Source: Chloroflexota bacterium
GTDB taxonomy: Bacteria; Chloroflexota; Anaerolineae; Anaerolineales; UBA4823
Assembly (NCBI GenBank): GCA_040752025.1
Contig: JBFMFR010000027.1
Location: 6,082-70,081 of the forward strand
Length of the DNA stretch: 64,000 bases
Reading direction: 5' to 3'
Both the position numbers and the translations under genes were made by a program. Below, in pieces: positions 19,001 to 27,586 of the stretch; the stretch's first letter is position 1, and each line of letters starts with the position of its first letter. The notes under the pieces are model-generated. The model was not told where the DNA came from, ran no database searches, and saw only the letters and a program-made list of their open reading frames with translations.

Positions 19001-19186
19001 TCACGAGGATTCTGGCCTCTTTTCGGGAATGGAGATGCCGCGCTTGTGCATCTCTGCCAGCAGCCGCCCAGGGATAGGCGCACAGTTGCAGTTTTGGTAG
19101 TGCTGCAAATGCCAGGCGATCCTTTGCTCAAGGGTGGCCCTGGGCGGCATACGATTGTTCAGATGCCAGGTCTTATTGATCGCCAC
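19001..19186 (-). CDS. Small hypothetical protein (WH...WH..H...C.C motif)
   Basis: Same-strand packing after the zinc-ribbon gene; 'WHLQHYQNCNC'. Confidence 0.6.
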   Translation of the reverse strand: MAINKTWHLNNRMPPRATLEQRIAWHLQHYQNCNCAPIPGRLLAEMHKRGISIPEKRPESS

Positions 19187-19191
19187 AGCCC

Positions 19192-19446
19192 CTATGCCTG
19201 GACGTTCTGCCAGGCAGGCAGCCTGGCCATGCCCTCGCGAGCCATCTGCAGCGCCTCAGTTTCAGATACACCCATCGAGCGCATGGCAAAGTGTTTCATG
19301 CCTTCCAGCACGACCTCGTAGGGTTTGAGCGCGCCTTCATCGTCGGTACAATGCACGCAGTACAGGTTATCCGGGCGGCCGCCGCCGAAATCCTGCGGCT
19401 CGCGCATGGGCATGCCACAGCTCTGGCAAAAAGTTGGTTCGGACAT
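19192..19446 (-). CDS. Putative zinc-ribbon protein
   Basis: 'FCQSCGMPM...YCVHC...LPAW'. Confidence 0.85.
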   Translation of the reverse strand: MSEPTFCQSCGMPMREPQDFGGGRPDNLYCVHCTDDEGALKPYEVVLEGMKHFAMRSMGVSETEALQMAREGMARLPAWQNVQA

Positions 19447-19450
19447 GGTT

Positions 19451-20038
19451 TTACTCCTTCGTAGATAGAAATTTCATGAAAGTCTCCACCAGCGCCTGGC
19501 GCTTGACGCGGATGACGCTGCCTGCGGAAACGTAGGCCTGTCGCAGGCGCAGGTAATCGTCCAGTGTGGCGAACAGGAAAGCCAGCGCCATGCCTGGGTC
19601 AACCTGTTTGTAGAGGCCCAGGGCGGTGCCCTGCTCCAGGGCCTGGTAGAAATAGCTGCGCACCGCTGCTTCCCGGCCCAGGATGGTGCGCCTGAGTTCA
19701 GGAGGATAGAAAGGTTTCTCCCGGGCAATGACAACGAAGAAATCTTCCTCGCGCTCGAGGAAATCCAGGTAGATGTGCAACATTTCGACCAGATCATGTG
19801 AACCGTGCAGGCGCAGATAGAGGTCATTGGTAACTTGCAGCAGTTCCCGGTCCAATACTTCGAGCAGCAAAGCTTCTTTGTTCTGGAAGTGGAAGAAGAC
19901 CGTGCCATGCGCCACACCCGCCCGCCGGGCGATCTCGAGCGTCGAGACGTTGAGCAGGCTGTTTTCGACCAGTTCTGCCTTGGCGGCAGCCAGGATCTTC
20001 AGGCGGGTTTCTTGCTTGGTTTCGGCGCGGGTCGGCAT
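19451..20038 (-). CDS. TetR/AcrR family regulator
   Basis: 'IARRAGVAHGTVFFHFQNKEALL' HTH. Confidence 0.9.
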   Translation of the reverse strand: MPTRAETKQETRLKILAAAKAELVENSLLNVSTLEIARRAGVAHGTVFFHFQNKEALLLEVLDRELLQVTNDLYLRLHGSHDLVEMLHIYLDFLEREEDFFVVIAREKPFYPPELRRTILGREAAVRSYFYQALEQGTALGLYKQVDPGMALAFLFATLDDYLRLRQAYVSAGSVIRVKRQALVETFMKFLSTKE

Positions 20039-20065
20039 GGTTCGTTTTTCATCAAAACATTTTGT

Positions 20066-20127
20066 TGAGTATACACTCATTGAGTGTATACTCAGCGTAG
20101 TATAATCCAAAAGATTCCTCCTGTCAA
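20066..20127 (-). promoter_or_regulatory. Promoter TTGACA-N17-TATACT with perfect 14-bp inverted repeat operator at +1
   Basis: tgtcaa 20122-20127, agtata 20099-20104; TGAGTATACACTCA-T-TGAGTGTATACTCA at 20066-20094. Confidence 0.85.
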
Positions 20128-20377
20128 GACCCGCAACAATAGGAACCAACACGGAGAACGCGGAGAAGAACCACAGAGTGCACGGAGTTTACTGTAGAAA
20201 AGACTCGGGGAACTCCATGGTTTCATTGCGACTAATGGATTTCATCTCTCACCACGAAGAACACCAAGAACACGAAGATTTTTGGTAAAGCATCCGTGAG
20301 CGGTTTTTGCCCCCCGGCAACCACATGCGCCGCATCAAGAAACCGATTTCTTTCCTCCTACTTCTACCTTCTAACCT

Positions 20378-21331
20378 CTACCTTTGCTCCCCGCGCCCTT
20401 CATAGATCCTCAAAAAGACCACGCCGCCCAGGATCATCAGGCTGCCCAGCAACTGCATGCCGCCCAGGCGCTCGCCCAGCAAGAAGTAGGCGATCACAGC
20501 GGTGAAGGCCGGCTCCAGCGTGACGATCAGGTTGGCCACGCTGGAGGAAAGATAGCCCAGGCTGACGTTGTACAACCCGAAGCCGGCCACGGTGGGCCCG
20601 GCAGCCAGCAAGAACAGCACCCCCCAGCCGGCCAGGGCTTTGCCCAGCCAGAAGAGCTGCGCCGGGTGCGCCACCGAGCCGGGCAGCGGCTGGCCGGGCA
20701 GCAGGCTGAAGACCAGCAAGAACAGCGCGGCAAAGCCGAACGTGTAGAGCAGCGTGCTCCAGGGGTTCAGGCCACGCTGGTTGGCCGAGCGCCCCATCAG
20801 GCTGTAGATGGCGTACAGCAGGCCGGAAAGCACCCCGGTGAGGATGCCCAGCAGGTTGGCCTGCCAGACCCCGGGCAGCAGCGCCCCAGAAACCAGGTAA
20901 CAGCCTGCCAGGCTGAAACAGACCGCCACGACTTTCGCCCAGCCCAGGCATTCTTTGAGCAGCCACCAACCCAAGAGCGCGGTGAAACCGGCCGAGCAGT
21001 ACACCAGCACGGTCGAGACAGCCGCCCCGTTGAGCGCAACCGACAGGGTCCACAAAGCGTTGAAGATCGCCAGCGCCAGGCCGTAGCAGGCCAGGTAAGG
21101 CAGGTGGCGGCGCTCGACGCGCAGTAAGGCTGGACGCAGCCAAGCCAGGACCGGCAGGAGCGTCAGCGTCACGAAGCTGTCGCGCCAGAAAGCCAGCACC
21201 AGGGAAGGCATGTGGTAAGTTTGGGTCAGGTAGCGGATGAAAATGGCTGTTGTAGACAGGATCACCGCGCTGACCAGGGCAATCGAATAGCCACGCGTCA
21301 GATCGGAGCGAGGGGAAACAAGCGCAGTCAT
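20378..21331 (-). CDS. EamA/DMT family transporter
   Basis: 10 TM in two repeats; 'LEPAFTAVIAYFLLGERL'. Confidence 0.9.
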   Translation of the reverse strand: MTALVSPRSDLTRGYSIALVSAVILSTTAIFIRYLTQTYHMPSLVLAFWRDSFVTLTLLPVLAWLRPALLRVERRHLPYLACYGLALAIFNALWTLSVALNGAAVSTVLVYCSAGFTALLGWWLLKECLGWAKVVAVCFSLAGCYLVSGALLPGVWQANLLGILTGVLSGLLYAIYSLMGRSANQRGLNPWSTLLYTFGFAALFLLVFSLLPGQPLPGSVAHPAQLFWLGKALAGWGVLFLLAAGPTVAGFGLYNVSLGYLSSSVANLIVTLEPAFTAVIAYFLLGERLGGMQLLGSLMILGGVVFLRIYEGRGEQR

Positions 21332-21370
21332 GGTTGAAGCAGGACTCCTTTCGTTTTGGTGTTCCCATTT

Positions 21371-21506
21371 TAGCCAGAATTGGCTATCTGCAAAGGGCCA
21401 ATTTTGAGCAATATCTACCAGGCCACTTAAGTCTCTCTTGCAAAATTCAACCAGATTGGCCTGATATCATGATAGAATTAACGCAGAATATCATCCAGCC
21501 AATTTT
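21371..21506. promoter_or_regulatory. Repeated ATTGGC/GCCAAT boxes, candidate MocR operator
   Basis: attggc 21379 and 21455; gccaatttt 21397 and 21498; palindrome TAGCCA-GAAT-TGGCTA 21371-21386. Confidence 0.55.
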
Positions 21507-21520
21507 CGAGATTGAAAGCT

Positions 21521-23014
21521 ATGCGCATTGCATTGGAACGCGACGGCAAGACTCCACTCTACCAACAGATCGAAGCTTATTTACGCCAGGCGATCCTGGC
21601 GGGCAGCCTGCCACCCGAGACGCGCCTGCCCGCCAGCCGGAAGTTGGCCAGCGACCTGGGCGTCAACCGCATCACCGTGGAGAAAGCCTACGCCGGCCTG
21701 GAAGCCGATGGACTGGTCTTCTCGCAGGTGGGCAGCGGCACCTACGTGCTGCCGCCGCCCGGCCCGCCCCAGGCGCGGGCGGCCCCCGGCGCGCCCTGGC
21801 CGCTCTGGCAGCAGGAATTGCAGGCCAGGCAGCCGGTTGCCTCGGCCCCTGCTCCGGAGATACTGCTGGCCGAGGCCGGGCATCCCGACCCCATCGATTT
21901 CTCCAGCGGCAGCGGCGACGCGCAGCGCTTCCCGGTGGAAGAACTGCGCAGGGTGATCCAGGCGATCCTGCGCCGGGATGGCATCGCTGCCCTGGAATAC
22001 GGCGAGCGCGGCTGCAGTGAGCGCGGCTACACGCCGCTGCGCAGCACCATCGCCCAGGTGCTGGCCAGCCAGGGCTTGCCGGCCGGCCCGGAAAACATCC
22101 TGATCACTTCCGGGTCGCAGCAGGCCCTGGCGCTGGCAGCCCAGGCGCTGCTCCAGCCGGGGGAAGTGGTGCTGGTCGAAAGCCCCACCTACAGCGGGGC
22201 GCTGGAACTGTTCCGCCTGCTGGCGCTGAGGATCGCCGGTGTGCCGGTGGACGACAACGGCCTGCAAATCGAGAAGCTGGAAGCGCTGCTGCAACAGCAG
22301 CACCCGAAGCTGATCTACACCATCCCCAATTTCCACAACCCAACCGGCGCCTGCCTGAACGCGTCGCGCCGGCGCCAACTGGTGGAGCTGGCCGGGCGTT
22401 ACAACCTGCCTATCCTGGAAGACGACTTCGTGGGCGACCTGCGCTACGAAGGCCGCACCCAGCCGGCGCTGAAAGCGCTCGACCCGGACGGCAGGGTGGT
22501 CTACACCAGCACGTTTTCCAAGATGCTGATGCCCGGGCTGCGCGTGGGTTTCCTGGTGGCCTCCGGCCCGGTGTACGAGCGCCTGGTGGCCGGCAAGCGC
22601 GTCAGCGACCTGGCCACCTCCAGCCTGACTCAGCGCGCTCTGGAGGCCTACGTGACAGTTGGGCGCTACCAGGCCCACCTGCGGCGCTCATGCCAGGTGT
22701 ACCGCAAACGGCGGGACGCCATGCTGCACGCTATCAAGCGCTACCTGTCCAGCGGGGTGCAGTTCTCTCCGCCACAGGGCGGTTTGTTCGTCTGGCTGCG
22801 CCTGCCTGGCGCGCTGAACGCTGAAGACCTGCTGCCCCTGGCCTGCGAGCAAGGTGTGGCCTTCGCTCCCGGCGGGCGCTTCTTCCCGGCAGACGCAGCC
22901 GTAAACGCAGGTTACCTGCGCTTGAACTTCGCCGTGCAAACGCCGGAGCGCATCCAGGCGGGCATGCAGCGCCTGGGCAAGGCGCTGCGCAGGCTCAAAG
23001 CGGGCGCGGCCTAG
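21521..23014 (+). CDS. MocR/GabR-type GntR regulator with PLP aminotransferase domain
   Basis: GntR wHTH 'LPASRKLA.DLGVNR.TV..AY'; 'PNFHNPTG', 'TFSKML.PGLRVG'. Confidence 0.92.
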   Translation: MRIALERDGKTPLYQQIEAYLRQAILAGSLPPETRLPASRKLASDLGVNRITVEKAYAGLEADGLVFSQVGSGTYVLPPPGPPQARAAPGAPWPLWQQELQARQPVASAPAPEILLAEAGHPDPIDFSSGSGDAQRFPVEELRRVIQAILRRDGIAALEYGERGCSERGYTPLRSTIAQVLASQGLPAGPENILITSGSQQALALAAQALLQPGEVVLVESPTYSGALELFRLLALRIAGVPVDDNGLQIEKLEALLQQQHPKLIYTIPNFHNPTGACLNASRRRQLVELAGRYNLPILEDDFVGDLRYEGRTQPALKALDPDGRVVYTSTFSKMLMPGLRVGFLVASGPVYERLVAGKRVSDLATSSLTQRALEAYVTVGRYQAHLRRSCQVYRKRRDAMLHAIKRYLSSGVQFSPPQGGLFVWLRLPGALNAEDLLPLACEQGVAFAPGGRFFPADAAVNAGYLRLNFAVQTPERIQAGMQRLGKALRRLKAGAA

Positions 23015-23873
23015 CCGCCTGCTGCTGGCTCCAGGCTTCCAGGGTGATAGATGGTGCGCCGAGCAGGGCATTAGCCTGTTCGGGGTGCTCCTCGAACCGC
23101 ACCGTTTCGCAGTAGCGGAAGAAGGGCAGCACGCCCTGCAACTGCTTGCGATGCCCCAGGATGGCCACGATCCACGTCACCCAGATGGGCATGTAGACCA
23201 GGCGCGCTTCGGGATGAACGATGCGGCAGAAAATTTGCAGCGCCTGGCGCATGCTGAGTTTTTCGGGGCCGGCCACATAGAGCACCTTCCCGGCTGCTTC
23301 GGGCGTGGCGTAGGCGCGCGCCACCATGCGAGCGTAATCGGCAGAAGCGATCCACGAATAAGGCGTGGGGTGTTTGCCGATGTGCAGAGCCATCTTACCG
23401 CGCACCAGGTTGTGCAGCACTTCCATGAAGAAATTGTCGCGGAAGATGGTGTAGGGGATGCCGCTGGCCTGGATGGCGGTTTCAGCCTGGAACTTGGCGC
23501 GCGTGCCGGGGTACCAGCAGTTTTCCTGGCATACCGAGGCCCCCGAGGTGTACGTGACGCGCTGCACGCCGGCTTTGGCCGCGGCGCGCACGGCATTTTC
23601 AGCGCCGCGCCGTTCCAGGTCGTAATCGAAATTGTCTTGCAGGTTGATATGCACGCCCTGGCAGCCCTGCATGGCCGCATCCAAGGAGGCAGGGTCTTCC
23701 ACGTCCCCGGCTGCGATCTCGAACGGCTCGGGGAACAGAGCACGCGCCTTGTGGGGAGAGCGCGTCAGCACGCGCACGGCGAAGCCTTCCTCGGCCATGC
23801 GGCGGGCCACCGGCTGGCCCAACATGCCTGTGCCCCCGATCACCAGAATCTTCGAGATTTGTTCTGCAACCAT
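22995..23873 (-). CDS. NmrA-like NAD(P)-binding oxidoreductase
   Basis: 'ILVIGGTGMLG' Rossmann motif. Confidence 0.85.
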   Translation of the reverse strand: MVAEQISKILVIGGTGMLGQPVARRMAEEGFAVRVLTRSPHKARALFPEPFEIAAGDVEDPASLDAAMQGCQGVHINLQDNFDYDLERRGAENAVRAAAKAGVQRVTYTSGASVCQENCWYPGTRAKFQAETAIQASGIPYTIFRDNFFMEVLHNLVRGKMALHIGKHPTPYSWIASADYARMVARAYATPEAAGKVLYVAGPEKLSMRQALQIFCRIVHPEARLVYMPIWVTWIVAILGHRKQLQGVLPFFRYCETVRFEEHPEQANALLGAPSITLEAWSQQQAARPRPL

Positions 23874-23999
23874 TTGATCGCCTCCCAACCTACAATTTCT
23901 CCTGGACCATTGCCAGGGTTTCGTCCAACCAATCCAGGTAAGCCTGTTCGTGCAGCTCGCCCATGCGGCGGGTGGCCGGAAGTCAATCCCCAGGATGGC

Positions 24000-25097
24000 C
24001 TACTGGCTGACCTCCCAGAAGATCTTATCAGGCAAGGTCAAATCCGGGATGTAGAAGATCTTGACCAGGTCGGTAAAGGGGCCCAACCAGCACACGTAGC
24101 CTTCTAGAGATTCGCCGGCTGGTACATAGCCAGTCAGGAAAGGCTCGCACGAGTCATACTCTCGCTCTAACTGGACGCCATCGCTGTTGCTGGCGTAGAA
24201 ATTGAAATCCGCTTCAACCGACAGTTCTTCGCTGCCGGTGTTCTGAACCGTGAAATAAACCATCAATAAATCACCGTCGAACTCGGCGCTCTCCAGCGTG
24301 ATGGTCTGGTTCTCCAGTTGCACCGGCAAACCCAACAACTGGGCCTCGCCGCCATCGGAGGTGGATTCAGGCGTGATGGTCGGGGTTGGAGTCAAAGATG
24401 CCACAGGCGTGGTGGCTGAGATCGTCAGCGTTTGGGTGATCACAGGCGTGTCCGAAAGGAGCGGCTGCTCAGTCGGTTCACTGGGGGGCTCCCATTCCCA
24501 ACTCAGCGCCGGTGTGGCAGGTATCGCCAGCGGTAAACCATCCAAGACGCGCACCGTGGCGCTGAAATGATTGAACTCGGGCAGGTCGATGCGCAAGAAA
24601 TCAGCCGGAGACAGGCGCTGCTGCGTGCTGGCGCGCGGCAGCAGCACCGCGCAGGTGACCGCCAGGCTGCCGAAATACTCATCGATGTCATTGCCGGCGT
24701 AGCAGGAATAAGCTTTCTGGGAGAGCGTGCTTCCAAAGATGTACACATCGCTCAGGTAGAGCTTGAGCACGAGTTTGCCATGTATGAGCGGCTCTTCGCC
24801 GAACAGCACTGCCCCATTGGTATCCACTGTATCGATGCGAATGGCAAGCTGTTCACCCTGCACTCCGGCATATACGCTGCGCAAACATACCGGACCATTA
24901 CAATACTCCAGAGGCAAAGCCGTGGGAGGCACAGGTGTGGCAGTTTTGCGCGGCTTCGAGGTTGGCGTGGAAGAGAACTGCGCCTGTTTCGAGCTATCTG
25001 CAGAACCCGGCAAAGCGCAAGCCAACAGCATGAGCAGAAGCGCGATCACAGCAATTCTAGGTCTGAGCGAACGTTTTGAAAAATCAGCAGCTTTCAT
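24000..25097 (-). CDS. Lipoprotein with C-terminal DUF4352-like Ig domain
   Basis: LLAC lipobox, Thr/Pro linker, 'V.FTVQNTG.EEL.V...F...G...G.V.W'. Confidence 0.65.
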   Translation of the reverse strand: MKAADFSKRSLRPRIAVIALLLMLLACALPGSADSSKQAQFSSTPTSKPRKTATPVPPTALPLEYCNGPVCLRSVYAGVQGEQLAIRIDTVDTNGAVLFGEEPLIHGKLVLKLYLSDVYIFGSTLSQKAYSCYAGNDIDEYFGSLAVTCAVLLPRASTQQRLSPADFLRIDLPEFNHFSATVRVLDGLPLAIPATPALSWEWEPPSEPTEQPLLSDTPVITQTLTISATTPVASLTPTPTITPESTSDGGEAQLLGLPVQLENQTITLESAEFDGDLLMVYFTVQNTGSEELSVEADFNFYASNSDGVQLEREYDSCEPFLTGYVPAGESLEGYVCWLGPFTDLVKIFYIPDLTLPDKIFWEVSQ

Positions 25098-25204
25098 GGT
25101 TTTCGTCCTGCAAGCCTGGATTACTGCCCATTATACACTGCGATACGCCTGTAACGAGCCTGAAATGCGCGCGTGTGATGGGGTGTTGCCTCGCGAACAT
25201 ACTC

Positions 25205-25254
25205 GCCGGGGGATGAATTCCCCCGGCTACACAGCTGCGCCCCGTGAACGGGGC
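25205..25254. repeat. GTAG-type REP-like double palindrome
   Basis: gccggggga-tgaat-tcccccggc-tac, then gccccg-tgaa-cggggc. Confidence 0.6.
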
Positions 25255-25320
25255 TTCTTAGCCGATTTGATCTAACGCGACTGGATAAGCCGGCCGGACC
25301 AGCTCGGTATTGCCGAAATA

Positions 25321-26532
25321 CTAATGCGGCTTGCGCCGGGTAGCGGCGATCTCGCTGACCGCCCGTACGGCGGTTTGGATATGTTCTTCCGTATTGAACG
25401 GGCCAATGCCAAAGCGCACCGCGCCGCGGATTTTGTCGGTGCCGAGCTGCGCGTGCACCAGTGGGGCGCAGTGCAGGCCAGTGCGGCACAGCACGTTGTA
25501 GTCCACATCCAGCAGGGTGCCGACATCGGCGGCGTCCATGCCTTCGACATTGAAAGCCAGCACGCCGATGTGGTCAGTCAAATCATCCTGGCAGTACAGG
25601 ATCACGCCGGGGATGGCGCTCAAGCCATCACGCAGCAATTGCAGCAAATGCATTTCGTGGGCTTCAACGTTCTCCAGGCCTTGCTTCAAAAGCCATTTCA
25701 CCCCGGCGTTCAGACCGGCGATGCCCATCGTATTGGGCGTGCCATATTCCAGGCGGAAGGGGTATTCGTCCAGGTGGGCGCGGTCGGCAGAGCGCACGCC
25801 TGTGCCGCCGGCGCGCGTGTGGCGGATCTCGATGCCTTCGCGCACGTACAGGCCGCCGATGCCGGTCGGGCCGAGCAAAGATTTATGCCCGGTGAAAGCC
25901 ACCACATCCAGGTATTGTTCCTGCATGTCGACAGGGATCTTGCCAGCCGACTGCGAAGCGTCGATGGCAAAGGGGATGCCCGCCTGGCGACAATAACGCC
26001 CGATCTCGCGGACAGGCTGCACGCTGCCAATCACGTTCGAGGCATGGTTGACGATCACCAGACGGGTGTTCGGGCGGAAGCGCCGGCGGATTTCATCGGG
26101 GTCCACGAACCCGGCCCCATCGAAGGGCACGTAATCGACCTGTACGCCCTCTCGCGAGAGGTGATACAACGGGCGCAGGACTGAGTTGTGTTCGATAGTG
26201 GTTGAAATGGCATGATCGCCGGGGCGCAGCATGCCGAAGATGATCAAGTTCAAGGCATCGGATGAGTTGTAGGAAAAGCACAGCCGATCCGGGTCCGTTC
26301 CGTTGAAGAACCCGGTCAGCAGCTTGCGCGTGTTCTCCACCACAGCCCCCGCCTCCAGGCAAAGGTCGTAGCCCGAGCGCCCGGGGTTGACCCCGAAGTT
26401 GCGGTAGAAGTAGTCCATGTAAGTATAGACTTCTTCAGGCTTGGGGAAAGAAGTGGCCCCATTATCTAAGAAAATGTAATCGGGCTGCTTCATCTGGGCG
26501 CTACGTTCGGCGAGTTTCGGTTCGATTGTCAT
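25321..26532 (-). CDS. Cysteine desulfurase-family PLP enzyme (aminotransferase class V)
   Basis: 'FLDNGATSFPKP', 'EHNSV', 'FTGHKSLLGP.G', catalytic 'RTGLHCAP'. Confidence 0.92.
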   Translation of the reverse strand: MTIEPKLAERSAQMKQPDYIFLDNGATSFPKPEEVYTYMDYFYRNFGVNPGRSGYDLCLEAGAVVENTRKLLTGFFNGTDPDRLCFSYNSSDALNLIIFGMLRPGDHAISTTIEHNSVLRPLYHLSREGVQVDYVPFDGAGFVDPDEIRRRFRPNTRLVIVNHASNVIGSVQPVREIGRYCRQAGIPFAIDASQSAGKIPVDMQEQYLDVVAFTGHKSLLGPTGIGGLYVREGIEIRHTRAGGTGVRSADRAHLDEYPFRLEYGTPNTMGIAGLNAGVKWLLKQGLENVEAHEMHLLQLLRDGLSAIPGVILYCQDDLTDHIGVLAFNVEGMDAADVGTLLDVDYNVLCRTGLHCAPLVHAQLGTDKIRGAVRFGIGPFNTEEHIQTAVRAVSEIAATRRKPH

Positions 26533-26547
26533 TCAAGCCTCCTTGAG

Positions 26548-26585
26548 AAAAATAAAAAAGAGCCCGTGCACCAGGCAACGGACTC
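26548..26585 (-). terminator. Intrinsic terminator (attenuator) in the desulfurase leader
   Basis: GAGTCCGTTGC-CTGGT-GCACGGGCTC followed by TTTTTTATTTTT, just upstream of the AAGGAGG RBS. Confidence 0.85.
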
Positions 26586-26725
26586 TATATACACAACGAC
26601 CCCTGCGTACAACAACAGGCCTCTGCAGCTTGGGGTGTCACGTCCTGCGCCCAACCATTGAGCGCAGGACAGGTACAGATGCAATTACAGGGCTGGCGGA
26701 CTGGCGCCGCGGTAAAAACGTTCAT
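26585..26725 (-). CDS. Cys-rich leader peptide MNVFTAAPVRQPCNCICTCPALNGWAQDVTPQAAEACCCTQGSLCI (46 aa)
   Basis: Hand-translated; GGAGTGG 8 nt before ATG; 8 Cys codons; stop overlaps the terminator stem. Confidence 0.7.
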   Translation of the reverse strand: MNVFTAAPVRQPCNCICTCPALNGWAQDVTPQAAEACCCTQGSLCI

Positions 26726-26838
26726 CGGGGTAACCACTCCAATCCATTAAAGCACGTTTTGAGACGGCTGTCAGGTGTCATTTGTCATGACCAGATCTGT
26801 CAATCATGATGAACGCTTTAGCAAGTCCGCTGCCCGGA

Positions 26839-27363
26839 TTATGCGCGGCTTACATCTTCAACACTTAATAGAACAAGTTCCCCAATCTTTTGAGTTGAGA
26901 TCAAGAAGCGGATACGCTGCGAAACTTTGCCGGATGTATCGTCACTCAGCGACTGATCGAGCGTGGCAGGAACCCGCTGGCGGGGCTGACCGGTATTCAA
27001 AGTTTCCGTGACCGTTCTACGGATGGTGCAACCGCTGCAATGGATGGTGTGGCCACAGCCTTCCGGCAGGCGGGCATGCACACATTCAAACACATCCCCA
27101 CCAAGGCGGCCTTCAATCGCAGGTAAGGGCTTTTTCAGCAACTGGCGGGCAGGCTGATTCGCAGATCTAACTCTACCATCTCCATCCACCAGCAGTACTG
27201 GCAGATCCAGGCCTTCCAGGTAATCCGGCAGAGGTATGCCAATCTGAGCCTTCAAGTGGAAAGCGCAATCCGGACAAATGCCGTGCGTCACCCAATTCTG
27301 ATGCTCAGAAGCGGGCACAGACTCATCCAGAAGTTTGCCACACCAGGCGCAGATTTTTTCCAT
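26839..27363 (-). CDS. Small Cys-rich PAS-like protein
   Basis: 'CAWC...HGICPDC' plus PAS-like 'PVLLVDGDGRVRSAN..A' and 'C.HA....GCG....CSGC'. Confidence 0.75.
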   Translation of the reverse strand: MEKICAWCGKLLDESVPASEHQNWVTHGICPDCAFHLKAQIGIPLPDYLEGLDLPVLLVDGDGRVRSANQPARQLLKKPLPAIEGRLGGDVFECVHARLPEGCGHTIHCSGCTIRRTVTETLNTGQPRQRVPATLDQSLSDDTSGKVSQRIRFLISTQKIGELVLLSVEDVSRA

Positions 27364-27460
27364 GCTCAATCCTTTATCGAGTTGCGCAAGAGAAACTGGT
27401 TTCATGAGTGGGAGTGTTGTCCGCCCCGATTATACTGCTATATGGCGTTGAACAAGGCGG

Positions 27461-27539
27461 TTAAAATGCAAACGTCCGAGTGAGGGGGGCACCCGGACGT
27501 TTGCGCCTTTATATTACCTCAGGTGTGGAAATTTTGCAA
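27461..27539 (-). ncRNA. Candidate ~45-nt hairpin sRNA (copy 1) with promoter TTGCAA-N17-TAATAT
   Basis: Promoter 27539-27511; RNA from ~27504: GCAAACGU-CCGGGUG-CCCCCCU-CACUCGG-ACGUUUGC-AUUUU. Confidence 0.6.
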
Positions 27540-27586
27540 GGGTGATTCGATTAATTTTCGATGAAATGCCTAATCCCAGAGCCTGC

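Noticed and set aside
26548-26800. T-box or SAM riboswitch upstream of the desulfurase
   Set aside because: No GGTGGNACC T-box or SAM-I core consensus found; the Cys-rich uORF explains the leader better
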